A DNA stretch of 59,824 nt from Jimgerdemannia flammicorona (Eukaryota): NCBI GenBank assembly GCA_003990765.1, contig RBNJ01000017.1, positions 1 to 59,824 of the forward strand. Direction: 5' to 3'. Shown piece by piece: positions 12,549-25,094 of the stretch. The position numbers were made by a program, and so were the translations under genes. The notes under the pieces were generated by a model. It searched no databases and was not told the origin of the DNA. It saw only the letters and a list, made by a program, of their open reading frames with translations. The first letter of the stretch is position 1. Each line of letters starts with the position of its first letter.

Positions 12549-15239
12549 GGTACTTCTTGAGTTGGTTTTGGTGAATGGTGGTAGGGATTATTGTGCCTGA
12601 GAGCTTTCGTAGTTGGAAAGTGGTCCCTTTTATATCTTGCACCAGGTAATGTCCTTCCCATTTAGGCTCCAGTTTTTGTGACCAAGAGGCTTCTACTATA
12701 TTCTGATACACCAGGACTTCATCTCTTATCTTAATAATCTCCAGGGGCTTGTGGGTTTTTTCTGCATTGCTCTATTGTAGTGCCTGCGCCTTGATTATAT
12801 AATCTTCTGCCTTTTTTCTAATTTGATGCAATCTCTGTATCTCCATATCTATATGCTTCCAGATTGCATCATTATCTGCTGACAAACTTCCACTAGAACC
12901 TTCTTCACCGAATAGCATTTCTTGTAGTGTAAAATGGGTGCTTTGTGATTGTATATTCCATAGAGTGGATAATGCTATTGGTAGATAGTGGTCCCAGTTT
13001 CCATATTCATCACAGATCTTGGCAATGATGTTCTTGAGGGTCTTGTTGGTTCTTTCTGCTTGTCCATTTCCTTGTGGGTGATAGGCTGTAGTCTTGATGT
13101 ATTGGATCTTGTACTTTTTGTAAAGAACCTCATGGAACTGGTTGACAAATTCTGTTCCTCTGTCTGTAGTAACTTGCTTTGGGGTCTTGAATCAGCAGAT
13201 GATTTCTCTATGAAAGAAATCGGTAATTGACTGTACATTGGCTTCCTTGAGGGGTCCGGCCTCTATCCATTTTGTAAATAGATCCACTATTACAATGACA
13301 TATTGGTTGCCAGTCAATGTCAGGGGTAGAGAGCCAATTACATCCATTGTGATGTGGGCAAATAGTATTGGTTCGATGTCTGCTGATCCAGGGGCTTGAT
13401 CCCATTGGTCTTGTTTCTGTTTCTCGCATTTGTCACAGGTTCTGACAAATCATCTGATATCTTCTTTCATTCCAGGCCACCACATAGTTCTTTTTGCTTT
13501 GTCATACATATTTGCTCCTCCTACATAATCCTGTTCATGTACTTCTTTCATCACTTGATTCTTCCGGTACTCAGAGATGACTAATTGTTGTCCTTTCTTG
13601 AGTATTTCTCCATCAGTTTCAAATTGTTTCCATGTTCGATTAATAATTGTTTTTGTCCATTCTTCCAGATGCGGGGGTATCTTTTGCTGCCCCAGGTAGC
13701 TGATGATTCCATAATACAGCTCCCTATTCATGGTGATTTTGTGGGGGTGGGGTCCTTCAGAGTGTCTGTGAGAGGGCATCAGCATTGGTGTTGGTTTTTC
13801 CAGAGCAGTGGGTGATCATGGCATTGTATGCTTGCAGCTTCATGATCCATCAGGCATAGATTCCTTTGGGCTCACTGGTAGTAAGCAACCAGGTGAGTGC
13901 TGAATGATCTGTCTAGATGGTGAAGTGTCTGCCAGCCAGATAGTAGTGGAACTTCTCTATAGCCCAGATAACTGCAAGGCATTCCAACTTGTATGATTCA
14001 TAGGACTGCTCAGCTCCTTGGGTACCTCAGCTGAGATAAGCTACTACATATTCAGCACCATTCTTCTTTTATATGAGGACAGCTCTAAGTTCTATTGCAC
14101 TGGCATCCATCTGCAGAATAAACTCTTGAGTCCAGTTGAGTCTTCTCAGGATTGGGGCCTGGGTCAATCTGGTCTTGAGCTCGTCAAAGGCTAGTTGCTG
14201 CTGCTGAGTCCACTGGAACTTGACCTCTTTTCTGAACAGATCATAGATAGGACTGGCGATGTGGGAGAACCTTCTGATAAATCTTCTGTAGTAGGATACA
14301 AGTCCCATGAAGGCTCAGGCTTCAGTGGTACTGGTAGGTACTGGGTATACTGCTACTGCCTTAATCTTTGTAGGGTCTGTATGTGTTCCTTCATGGTTGA
14401 TGATATGTCCAAAGTATGCGATTTCTTTTTCTCCAAACTTGCATTTCTTGGGCTTGATATAGAGGCTATGTTTGGAAGCCTTCTGAGGATTTCCTCAATG
14501 TGGTCCAAGTGTTCTTTGGCTGTTCGGCTGAAGATAATCATATCATCTACATATACCATCATCCATTTTTCCATAACATCTCTGAAGATACTGTTCATCA
14601 TTCACTGGAAGCTTGCTGGTACATTGCACATTCCAAAGAGCATGCAGAGATAGACATAAGTTCCATCTGGGGTGATGAAGGCTGACTTTTTGCTGGCTTC
14701 AGGTATAAGGCCAATTTGGTAGAATCCAGAGAACAGATCAAGAGTGGTGTAGAATTGTGCTTCATTCCCCAGTATGATAAGAATGTCACCGATGTTGGGC
14801 AATAGTTGTCTGTCCTTCTCTGTGACCTTATTGAGTCTTCTATAATCTGTACAGAGTCTTGGTGCAAATTCTCCTGGTCGGCTCCTTTCTTTGGTACAAG
14901 AACGATGGGGGAGAACCAAGGGCTACTGGCTTCTTCAATGATACTGAATTCCTCCATTTTCTTGATCTCTGTCTTGAGCCATTCTCTGTATGCTGGTGGA
15001 ATGGGGCAGGCCTTCTGATAGATTGACTTTGTATCTCCAGTATTGACATCATGATAATACAAGGGTTTCTTGGTCTTGATGTTCTTGAAATCCATGGCCA
15101 GTATATCCTCAAATGTATGCAAGAGGCTCTGCAATTCTTCTCTGAGGGGAAGTTTCTTCTGATTGTATAGGTGTGTTTGTCTTGGCTTTCCTCCTTTTTG
15201 TGCTCCAATTCGGTGATCTTAGTTGCTGTGAGGACTCCT

Positions 15240-15655
15240 CTTTCTGTAGAGCTGAATCTAGCTCTTCCTCATTAAGTTTGTCTGATGTTTGCAACCTCCT
15301 TGATTCTTGGATTAAGGACAGATAGGATGAGCATTTGTGCCAGCCGATCCTTCTTCCTTACTTCAAATGGGATTGTTGGGTTGTGGTTCTTGGTGAGGAG
15401 AAGAATTTTTCCAGTATAATCTGAATCAATAACTCCTCCTTCTATAGATATTTCACTCTTTGCCAAGCTGCTCCTTGTCTTGAGGATTCTGACATAGTTT
15501 GGTGGGATGGTTACTTCAATTCCTGTTCCTAGAATGGTGGTGGTCTGCAGTTTGAGTATTGTGTATGTTGTGGTGGATAGGTCCATTCCTGCTGCATTCT
15601 CTGATTTGTATTGTGGCATGACTGCATCAGGGTGAATTCTTCATATCTTGACTGT
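15240..15655 (-). pseudogene. dut: Trimeric dUTPase domain of family B pol
   Basis: Motifs AGMDL, KTRSSLA, GGVIDSDYTG, DRLAQML. Confidence 0.92.
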
Positions 15656-18600
15656 GATGTCTTCTTCATCATTGCTATCATCCAATAGTTCTGGTGGTCC
15701 ATCTTCTGGTTCCTCCTGGTTCTTCTTTAGCTTGTTGGTGATCTTCTTCACCTCAATGATACAAGAGTAGCAGCAATCTAAGTGCTGGGCACAGTACATT
15801 CTTTCACCATGGGGGCACCTTCCTAGTGGGGCATATCCATCTGTGATTCTTATATACCATTCTTCCTCTGTCAATTGCTTGTCTTTTCCTTTCTTTATAG
15901 TAACCATATAGGCTTCTTCTTCTTGGTCTTCCTCCATCTCAGGGCGGACTCCTTTGTGGATATTGATGGGAATTCTGATCTTCTTTCCCTGGTAGATGAT
16001 CTGCATCTTCTGTGCACTGAGGTCAATCATTGCCTTGGCTTTATGAAGCCATTGATTGCTGATGAGGATATCATAGTTAGTTGCATTGGTGATGATGACA
16101 TCTACAGAGATAGTGGCCTCTCCGAACTTGATTGGTACATCTTGGATCTTTCCCAAAGGTGTTGCTCATGTTCCATCAGCTGTGACGAATACCAGTTTGG
16201 TGGCTTCTTCTATCTCCCAGCCTAGGCAGTCTACTGCTTTCTTGGTGATGAGATATTCTCCTGCTCCTATATCAATAATGGCTTCGAAGACTCAATCCTT
16301 AATCTGGCAGGTAATATAGGCTGATGTTTTCTGATTATCTTCACTCTCTTCATCTGAATCTTCTTGTGCATTATTGGCTTTGATTATTTTCCAACCTTGG
16401 TCTTTGCCAATGTCTGAGATTCCTGTCCTCATTTGCTGTCTGAATGTTGGGATTTCAGCCAGCTGGCCAAAGGTTGCATTGACCTTTTGGTTCTTGAGGT
16501 CCTTGAAGATGTCATACTTAAAGGTCTTGCTCTTGCACAGTTTCTGCTCCTTCTTCCCTTCACTTGATGGGGTAGTATTTCGAATAATATCTTCTACTGC
16601 TCACTCCAGCTCAGCATCTTGTTCTAGCTTCATTTCTTGATCAGCTTCGCTCTGCTGGGTCTCATTTCCGATGACAACTTCTGGTTGCTTTGTTTGTATC
16701 TGGGTCTTCTTAGGAGGTCTGCCTGGAGATCTTTTGTAGAGACTGGATTGGACATCCTTCTAGGAAGCTCAATATAATCACTAAGAAGGATAGGCAGCTC
16801 TTGCCAAATATTCAAGAAATCCTTACTACCCTTGGAAGTAAAGCCAAATACTACACCACCTTGGATCTATTCTTAGGCTTCTATCAGATTGGTCTCACTC
16901 AAGATACCAGTGTGAAATCAGTCTTCATCACACCTAATGCCACCTATATCTACCTGTGAATACCATTTAGAATGTACAATGCTCCAGCCAGCTTTCAGCA
17001 AATGATGAACAGAGTCTTTAGTAATGAGATTGGAAAATAGCTCTTTATCTATATTGATGATGTGATCATCTTTAGCAATACTGTACAGAAACATATCAAC
17101 TATATATAGCTAGCTCTCAAGAAGCTCAAGGAGTATGGCCTCTACATTAAGCCCAAGAAGTGTAAGTTTGCAGCTCAGAAAATCACCTATCTAGGACACC
17201 TCATTAACCAGACTGAAATTCACACAGACTCTATGAAGATTGAGGCTATTGCAGCCTATTCAAGATCCAGAACAACCATAGAAGTCCATGTCTTCCTTGG
17301 ACTAGCCTCCTACTACAGAAGATTCATATAAGGATACTTCAATATTGCAGTACCTATCTATGAACTACTAAAGAAGGAGACTAAATTCAAATGGACTAAG
17401 AAATACTAAGAAACCTTCAATGAACTCAAGATCAGATTGACCCAAGTACCCATTCTCAGAAGACCAGATTGGAACCTAGAGTTCATCCTGCAGACAGATG
17501 CAAGCACTATAAGACTTAGAGCAGTTCTAGCTCAGAAGAAAGATAGATATGAATATATCATCTCCTATGTAAGCTGAGGTACCTGCAGAGCAGAACAGAA
17601 CTATAAGTTATACAAGCTTGAATATTTAGCAGTAGTTTGAGCAGTAGATAAGTTTCACTACTATCTAGCTGGGAAACACTTTACTATTTAAACAGACCAT
17701 TCTGCTCTTGCCTGGCTATTCTATATACTGAACCCCAAAAGAATATATATCAGATGGATCTACAGGCTGCAAGAGTATGACTATACTATCAAGTACTACT
17801 CAGAGAGAACCAACACTAATACTGATGCACTCTCAAGGATACCTCAAAATACCCCCATCAAGACTATTCAATATGAATAAGAAGTTATACTATGAATTAA
17901 TCAGCTATCTTGAGCAGTGGAAGATGCCCAATCATCTCAAACTCTGAACTATCACTATCATCAACCAGACTTGGAAATAATTTGAACTAGATAACACTAT
18001 ACTCAGAAAAGGAGAAAAGCTTGTAATATCTAAACACAAGAAGTATCAAGTAATGAAGAAAGTATATGAACAAGGATACCTAGGAGGAACTAATATGTAT
18101 AACAAAACAAGAAGAACCATATAGTAGCCCAAGATGGAAGAAGATCTGTACCAATTTGTCAAAGGGTGTGACAAGTGCCAAAAACAGAAACAAGATCAGC
18201 AAGACCAGGCACTCAGGTCATCAAGAATTGAGTCTATCTCCTTCCACCACATTGTAATAGATATCATTAGGTTACTACCAGTAACACTATCAGGAAACTG
18301 CTACATCATAGTTATTGTAGACCTCTTTACTAAATAGATAGAAGCAGGAGTATTACAAGAAGCCAATGTCCTCTCTATAGCTGACTTCCTACACTGAGAA
18401 ATCATCTGCCACTACAAGACACCAAGGCAAATCACTACAGACTATAGCACAGAATTTATCAATAGATTCTATGAGATAATATATCAGAAATACAAGATTC
18501 AGTACATCAAGACCACTGCATATCACTCTCAAGGAAATGGACAGATAGAAAGAACCAATAAGACCCTCAAGAACATCCTAGCAAAGATCTCAGATACATA

Positions 18601-19432
18601 TGAGAATTGAGATAACTATCTCTCAACTGCCCTCTCTGTCCTACAAGACATATGGTCATAGAGTACACACTTTACCCCAAGAGAACTGCTCTTCAGAGAA
18701 GAAGATTCTGATGAAACCTCAGCCATAAATCTAGACCTAACTTGGAGACAGGTTGACTCAGAAATCCGAGACTATACCAAATCAGGAAGAAGGCTGAAGA
18801 TTACATTATCAAGTTATAAGCACTGATAAGAAAGAATATAGAAAAGAATTATAAGAACCTAGAACTCATCCAAATTAGAGAAAAGGCCCTACTGTATCAC
18901 AATATGGTAGAAGCCTCATGGTTGTGAAAACTGGAGCTCAAATGAGAAGGATCCTTCTACATGCAAGATATCAAGAGAACTATCTTTTGGCTTAGAAAAA
19001 TCTCAGAGACTATACTGCCTACTATGGTACACAGAAACAGACTCAAGAAGTACTATGAACCTATACAAGAGAAGCAAAATGTAATAACTGCCCATGAGGT
19101 TCTAGTCTGTGAATCATAACAGTATGTCCCATAACTAGTAGGCTATCTGTCTGGACTATTCTCTAAGAGATATAGTACCAGAAACTACTTATCCATGAGA
19201 CTTTTGAAGCTAGAGGAGTTTGAACCATCAACTGATTGATCAAGATCAGAATTAGGTTCTTGCTCTATATAAAGGGAGCAACCCTTCACCATTATGCCAA
19301 AATACATAGGGAAAATGCCAGCCCATAAACACTACTTTTTGACCCCCTGCCAAAGGTTATGGGATTAGCAAATTTTTCAGAACTGGACCAATGAATAAGA
19401 ATATTCAAGAAGATCCTTATTTAGGAGAAAGA

Positions 19433-22281
19433 TGTAATGGTGACCTCAGAATGATGACATCAGCATAAGAGATAGCAATTTCTTGCAAAGCCACCAGATT
19501 GGAGTACAAGAAGATCATATGGTATAACTCACCCAGGCTACAAGATAAGTAATAATGACTAACTATGAGTCATTATGACCACAGTACAGATATCCTAAGA
19601 AATATAAAAGAAGGATCAAGGAACTGCAGTAGCAGCAACTCAATAAGATCCACTAATCCCAAAGTAGCTCAAAGACTTACCACAAATAAAATACCTGCTA
19701 CTCACTAAACCTCAAGGTTAAGAAACTACTAAGACACCTCAGTTGAAGAAAGGATGTTCTAAGACATCAGAAGAGCCATAAGGACCTGTACTACAAGGAC
19801 TCCTAGTGTCAACCTGGGTACTAGTGACCCTTATTATTATATTCTCTACTGCTGTGAAATAGAAACAAGAATCACCATTGCTACTGAATACCTCTAAATG
19901 TGGCAGGAGTATGAAATAAGAAATCTTCTCTGCCAGGAGTTCCCACAGACCAGCCCTCAAGAGCTATAAGATGCTATTCTCATGGATATATGTATATAAA
20001 ATAAGAATAGCAAAGAAGATTCATCAGATCTTCAGGCATATACCATAGTTGATCCTCAACTTAGAGTATGTTATTATCTCAGATTTCAGAGATCTGTCAG
20101 TCTGCTATATCAATGTACTAGAAGCCAGGGTGGCTACAGAAGCCCAGTCTACTATCACTCTCAATAGTAATGAAGTAGAAGACCTCTGGCATCCCATCCT
20201 CCAGGACAACCCAGATCAATTCCTGCAAGGATTGATCTCAGTATTCCAAGACCCAAGTATCCAGATTAGACCTCTCCAAGACCCCACATTTGTTCTCTAT
20301 TTTGTGGAAGAGAATCTCATAAACTAGAGAACCCCAGACCTCCTTGTTCTCACTACTGTCAAACATAATGATGTCACCAATGATGATATCTTCTCATATG
20401 ACATCATCTCATATGATATATGCAAAGCATATAAAACACATAACATATGTGAAATATACAATCTACATAATGAGATAGATGAAATGTTCACAGACTTCAT
20501 CTCTTTTGAAGATATTCTGACCTCTAATGAATATAAAGCTCCTATGGTCCTGAATATTCTACTCTAAGTTCCTTAGTTATACTGAATTATGTCAGCATTC
20601 TTTTTCTGTATAACAGTTATTCCTCTACTTTTTTTTTTTTTTTTTTTTTTTAACAGACTCAAAGTCTCACAGATTTTTATTAGAAGGGAATCTAGACTAT
20701 ATAGGCCAAAACCCTCCCCCACTACCTATCAAGCACTGCCTCCTCATTAATCTAGACTAGTTATTATCTAGTAGCTCAACTATGCTAGGTGTAGCAGGAC
20801 TAATAGTAGCCCACACCTCATTCTGTACACCATACTCTTCCTATCACTAGGGGAAATCCAGCTATATATCAATAACCAAAAGCACATGCCCAAGACCCCA
20901 ACATATATACAAGGCCATGCCCAAGCTGAATAGAATAGCTCTTGCTACTCCAAAGAGAATAATAGATAAAGAAAAACTCTCATCAAAGTACATTATAGTG
21001 GGTAGGGCCTGGTTCTCCTAGTCAAGATAAGTAAAGAACTTACACATGAGGTAGGAGGAGACCCCCATACTTTACTACTCAAGCCTGCAGACCTTGATCA
21101 CATTACTATATTAGCTTCTGGTTCCAGTTGAGTGCAGCCAAGACATCTGAAATAGGTAGCCTCAGACCCCCCGACCTCCCTCCCAACAACTGGGGTCCAA
21201 CTTGCTAAATTATCAATAGAAGCCAAAAGTGATACCTACTATCTAACTACTCTACACTAATTAAAAGACCCCACTGAAGTAGTACCTACTCCAGCCCTGA
21301 TAACCACCCCCAGCCTGATACTCTACTGGTTTACCATTATTGTCCTTTCTCCTATCTATAATAGCCATCTCTTCTTTCATTCTGATAATATCCAAAAAGC
21401 AGTCACCTATACCAGAACTGTACTTACCAGGAAGCTCACCACAGCCAGAGGGCCTCACTACAGGTACTGAGGACCTACAGGTAACCTATACTAGGCACTT
21501 GATGCCCAAGGTCAGCCAACTCCCTATGTAATCTATGATACACTGAGATAGCATCTTATTGGTAATAACAAAAGAAAGAAGATACTGCACCAAAATGGAT
21601 ATACTTCAGATGTAGCTGAAGATATCAGAAACTGCAAAAAAGTGGAGAAGACACTAATCCAACACTGATAAAGGGGCAACTCATCACCATTGCCTCCCTC
21701 TCACTACCCTGCAATAGGTACAGCAAATCAACCCAAGGTAGAGGGGGTAATAATTGTAAAAAGTGGACTTGGAAGATCACTTACCAAACTATTGTAACTG
21801 ATAAGATAGTAGAGAAAGAGGCATAATAGCTGTTCCTCCACTGATATTCTAACCTTGTGTAGCTCAGAATTATTGCAGTACTCTTTTCCTATATTATCAA
21901 AATTATACCAGTATCCTAAACCTATGCAACTATCTGTACCAACTCTGGAACTTAGTAGTTTTCTGTGTTCTAGCATTTTTATTTAGTTATTAAAATTTAT
22001 ATTTAGCTTTATATCTTAACAACTATTAAATTATATTTTATATAAATATCCTTCTTATTTTCTCTGAAATAAAGTCAGTTCCTCTCAGTGCAATATATAC
22101 AATTCCTTGCAAGCAATCTAAGAGATAACAAGATAGTTTAAAGATAAGAAGTTTGAGAACTATAAGACCTTGGAAAGGCACTCTAATAAGAACTTGCTTA
22201 TAATAAACTTGAGTTAGTCTAAGAGATACACCTTGAAGAAAATCTGATATATTTGAAGGACTCAGTGACTACTATGTGATA
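19433..22281 (+). repeat. 3' LTR of family A element 1, interrupted at 20630-21822; U3 ORF remnant ~19691-20567
   Basis: Runs tgtaatggtgacc...actatgtgata and is collinear with the other family A LTRs. Confidence 0.9.
20630..21822 (-). mobile_element. ~1.2 kb non-autonomous poly(A) retroelement, copy 1
   Basis: T-tract ~20629-20651; 20-bp TSD ataacagttattcctctact (20610-20629) / ataatagctgttcctccact (21823-21842) differing by 4 transitions; absent from the partner LTR near 9820; full-length match to 58645-59824. Confidence 0.88.
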
Positions 22282-22969
22282 ATATTTTAAGAGTCAGTTG
22301 AATATCTTAATAAGAGTATTAAAGTAAAATTCATTAATAATTCTAGATTTCTTCTTCTTAGAGATTAGAAAAATAATAATAGTATTTAATAGAAAAGAGT
22401 GAGACCCCAGACTATATATAGTTAAATATAAAAAAAACAGAGCTTTTGATAGACTATTTGGAGTATTCTTCTCACTCACTATCATCAAGAGAATCTAGAC
22501 ATACAAGGAGTCAGTACTATAATTCTTTATAAGAGGTTAATAGTTGATAGCCCTTCAAACTATAGGCTAGTTAAACTAAGTCTATAGTTTAAGGATTTCT
22601 ATATAAAGAAAAAAAAAAATTCTTAAAGTTATAGAGATAGAGAGAGAGATTATCTTAATTGAAGATAGTAGTAAATAAGTAACTATATCATCAAATATAG
22701 AGTTAAAGAGAGAATAAGATTAGAGGGAAATATTAAGAATAGAGTAGTATACTTATTTAAAACTACAAATAGTATTAGAAACTAAGGATATACTATAAAA
22801 AAGGTCTCATTATTAGAGTAGTACTGTTCAAATTTCTCTTATATTATATAAGTTCAAAATATTCTTACAGATAGACTGTAGACCAGTAGTTAAAAAGTTC
22901 TTTAAAGAATAAAAGTCAGCAACATAATCTCTAATAATAAAGATGGCCTTAATAACTATATTATAAATT

Positions 22970-24610
22970 TATTATATAGTGAGCACTAAGTTCTCTAAGT
23001 ATGTCAGATTCTCTTTAAGATATATCTCTTAGATCAACTATAAGTTTCTTATAAGTATATTCTTTTAGAGTGTCTTTCTAAGGTCTTATAGTTCTCAAAC
23101 TTCTTATCTTTAAACTGTTCTGTTGTCTCTTAGATTTTCTTGCTTAGAATTGAGTAGAGAACTGAAACTTCTGTACTTCTTTAGTAGCTGAGTACTTGAA
23201 TACTTGAGTGTTTTAATACTGACTTTATTTTAAAGGAAATGAGAGGAGTATTTATACAAAATATAATTCAATGATTGCTAAGTTATAAAGTAAATATAGA
23301 TCTCAATAACTAAATAAGATATTTGAATACAGAAAACTTCAGATTGTAAGTACAAATTCAAGTATCTATATAATTAGTTATATAAGATCAGAATGCTAGA
23401 ATAATTTCTAACAGTTACACAAGATCAGAATACCAGAATAATTTCAACAGTTGTACAAAAAACTTAAAGCAGAATGTTTAGAATCCTGAGAACTTCATCT
23501 TCATCATTATCATTAAGACTAGAGGTTGGAAAAAGGATGTCTTCAAAGGAAATAAGATCAGCAAATATTTCTGTAAGTATCTCATCTATTTCACATATTT
23601 TGCATGTTTTGTATGTTTTATATATTTTGTATATTTTACACATGTTGATTAGTGGGATGACATCATCACCAATGACATCATCACATTTAGCAGTGGTAGA
23701 AGCAAGAAGATTAGAGGCTCTCCAATCTATGCCATTTTTCTCTACAAAGTAGGAGACAAAGGTAAAATCTTGAGGGGGTCTAATCTAGATACTGGGGCCT
23801 TGGAATACTGAGATTAATCCTTATAAGAATTGATCTGGATTGTTCTGGAGGATGGGATTTCAGAACTCTTCTATCTCATTACTTTTGAGAGTGATGGTGA
23901 ATTGGACTTCTGTAGCCACTATGGCCTCTAGTACATCTATATAGTAGGTTGATAATTCTTTGAAGTCTGAGACTCTGGTATACTCCAAGTTGGGAATTGA
24001 CCAAAGTACATACCTGAAGACCTAATGGATCTTTTTGGCTACTTTCAATTCACATATATCTATAGAGATAGCATCTTGTATCTCCTGGAGACTGGTCTGA
24101 GAGAATTCCTGGTAGAGAAGATTTCCTATTTTGTATTCCTGCCACATCTAGTGGCATTCAGTAGTGATAGTAATCCTTGTCTCCATTTTACAGCAGTAGA
24201 GGATAAAGTGATAAGAGTCATCAGTACCCAGGTTAAGGCTAGAAATTCTTCTGGTATAGATCTTTATGGCTTTTCTAATATCTTAAAATATCCTTTCTTA
24301 GACTGAGAATCTTTGGTAGTTCCTGGACCTTGAGATTTAGTGAGTGGCAGACATTTGTTTATAGTGAGTCTTTTGAACTATTTCAGGATTTTGTAAGTCT
24401 TATTTGAGTTACTGCTGCTGTGGTTTCTTAGTTCTTCTTATATTCTTTGAGATATCTATCTTGTGGTCATTATGACTTATAGTTTGTCATTATTGCTTAT
24501 CTTATAGTCTAGGTAAGTCATGCTATATAATTTTCTTATACTTCAATCTAGTGACTTATAAGGAAAGATTGTCCCTGTGATGATATCACCATTCTAAGAT
24601 CACCATTATA
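22970..24610 (-). repeat. 3' LTR of family A element 2, with U3 ORF remnant ~23464-24354
   Basis: PPT (plus strand tcttccttctaaa) at 24611-24623; matches 44097-45690. Confidence 0.9.
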
Positions 24611-25055
24611 TCTTCCTTCTAAATAAGGATCTTCTCTTGAACATCCTTATTCATTGGTCTAGTTTGAAAAATTTTTCTGATTCTATAACCTCTGGTAGGG
24701 GGTCAAAAAGTAGCTAGTATCTTTCTCATATATTTTGGTATAATGGTGAAGAGTTACTTCCTTCATATAGAGCAAGGTTCTGATTCTAATCTTGACCAAT
24801 CAGTTGATTGTTCAAACTCCTCTAACTTTAAAAGTTTCATAGATGAGTAGTTGCTAGTACCATATCCCTTAGAGAATAGTCTAGATAGATTGTCTACTAG
24901 TTATGGAATATGCTGTTATAATTTGTAAACTAGAACCTTATAGGCAGTTATTATATTTTACTTCTCTTATATAGGTCTATGGTACTTCTTGAGTCTATTC
25001 TTATATACTATAGTAGACAGTATAGTTCCTAAGAGTTTTCTAAACCAGAAGGTAG

Positions 25056-25060
<5 letters not shown>

Positions 25061-25094
<34 letters not shown>

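Larger units (their letters stand above)
11660..16761 (-). mobile_element. Gypsy family B element, 5'-truncated: gag end, protease, Cys/His module, dUTPase, RT, RNase H, integrase, extra ORF, PPT, 3' LTR
   Basis: Protease IIDIGAG ~16260-16280; RT SPWFSP, RLCTDYRRLN, YVDD; RNase H QMDAS; integrase core 12560-13730; dUTPase 15240-15655. Confidence 0.93.
16762..22281 (+). mobile_element. Gypsy family A element 1, 3' half (RT, RNase H, integrase, PPT, 3' LTR)
   Basis: Starts at RT RKLN; YIDD ~17049; QTDAS ~17490; integrase 17870-19115; PPT ttaggagaaaga 19421-19432. Confidence 0.92.

Noticed and set aside
19120-19420. Extra small ORF between family A integrase and the PPT
   Set aside because: The region is conserved with 24620-24920, but I could not reconstruct a convincing reading frame from two decayed copies.
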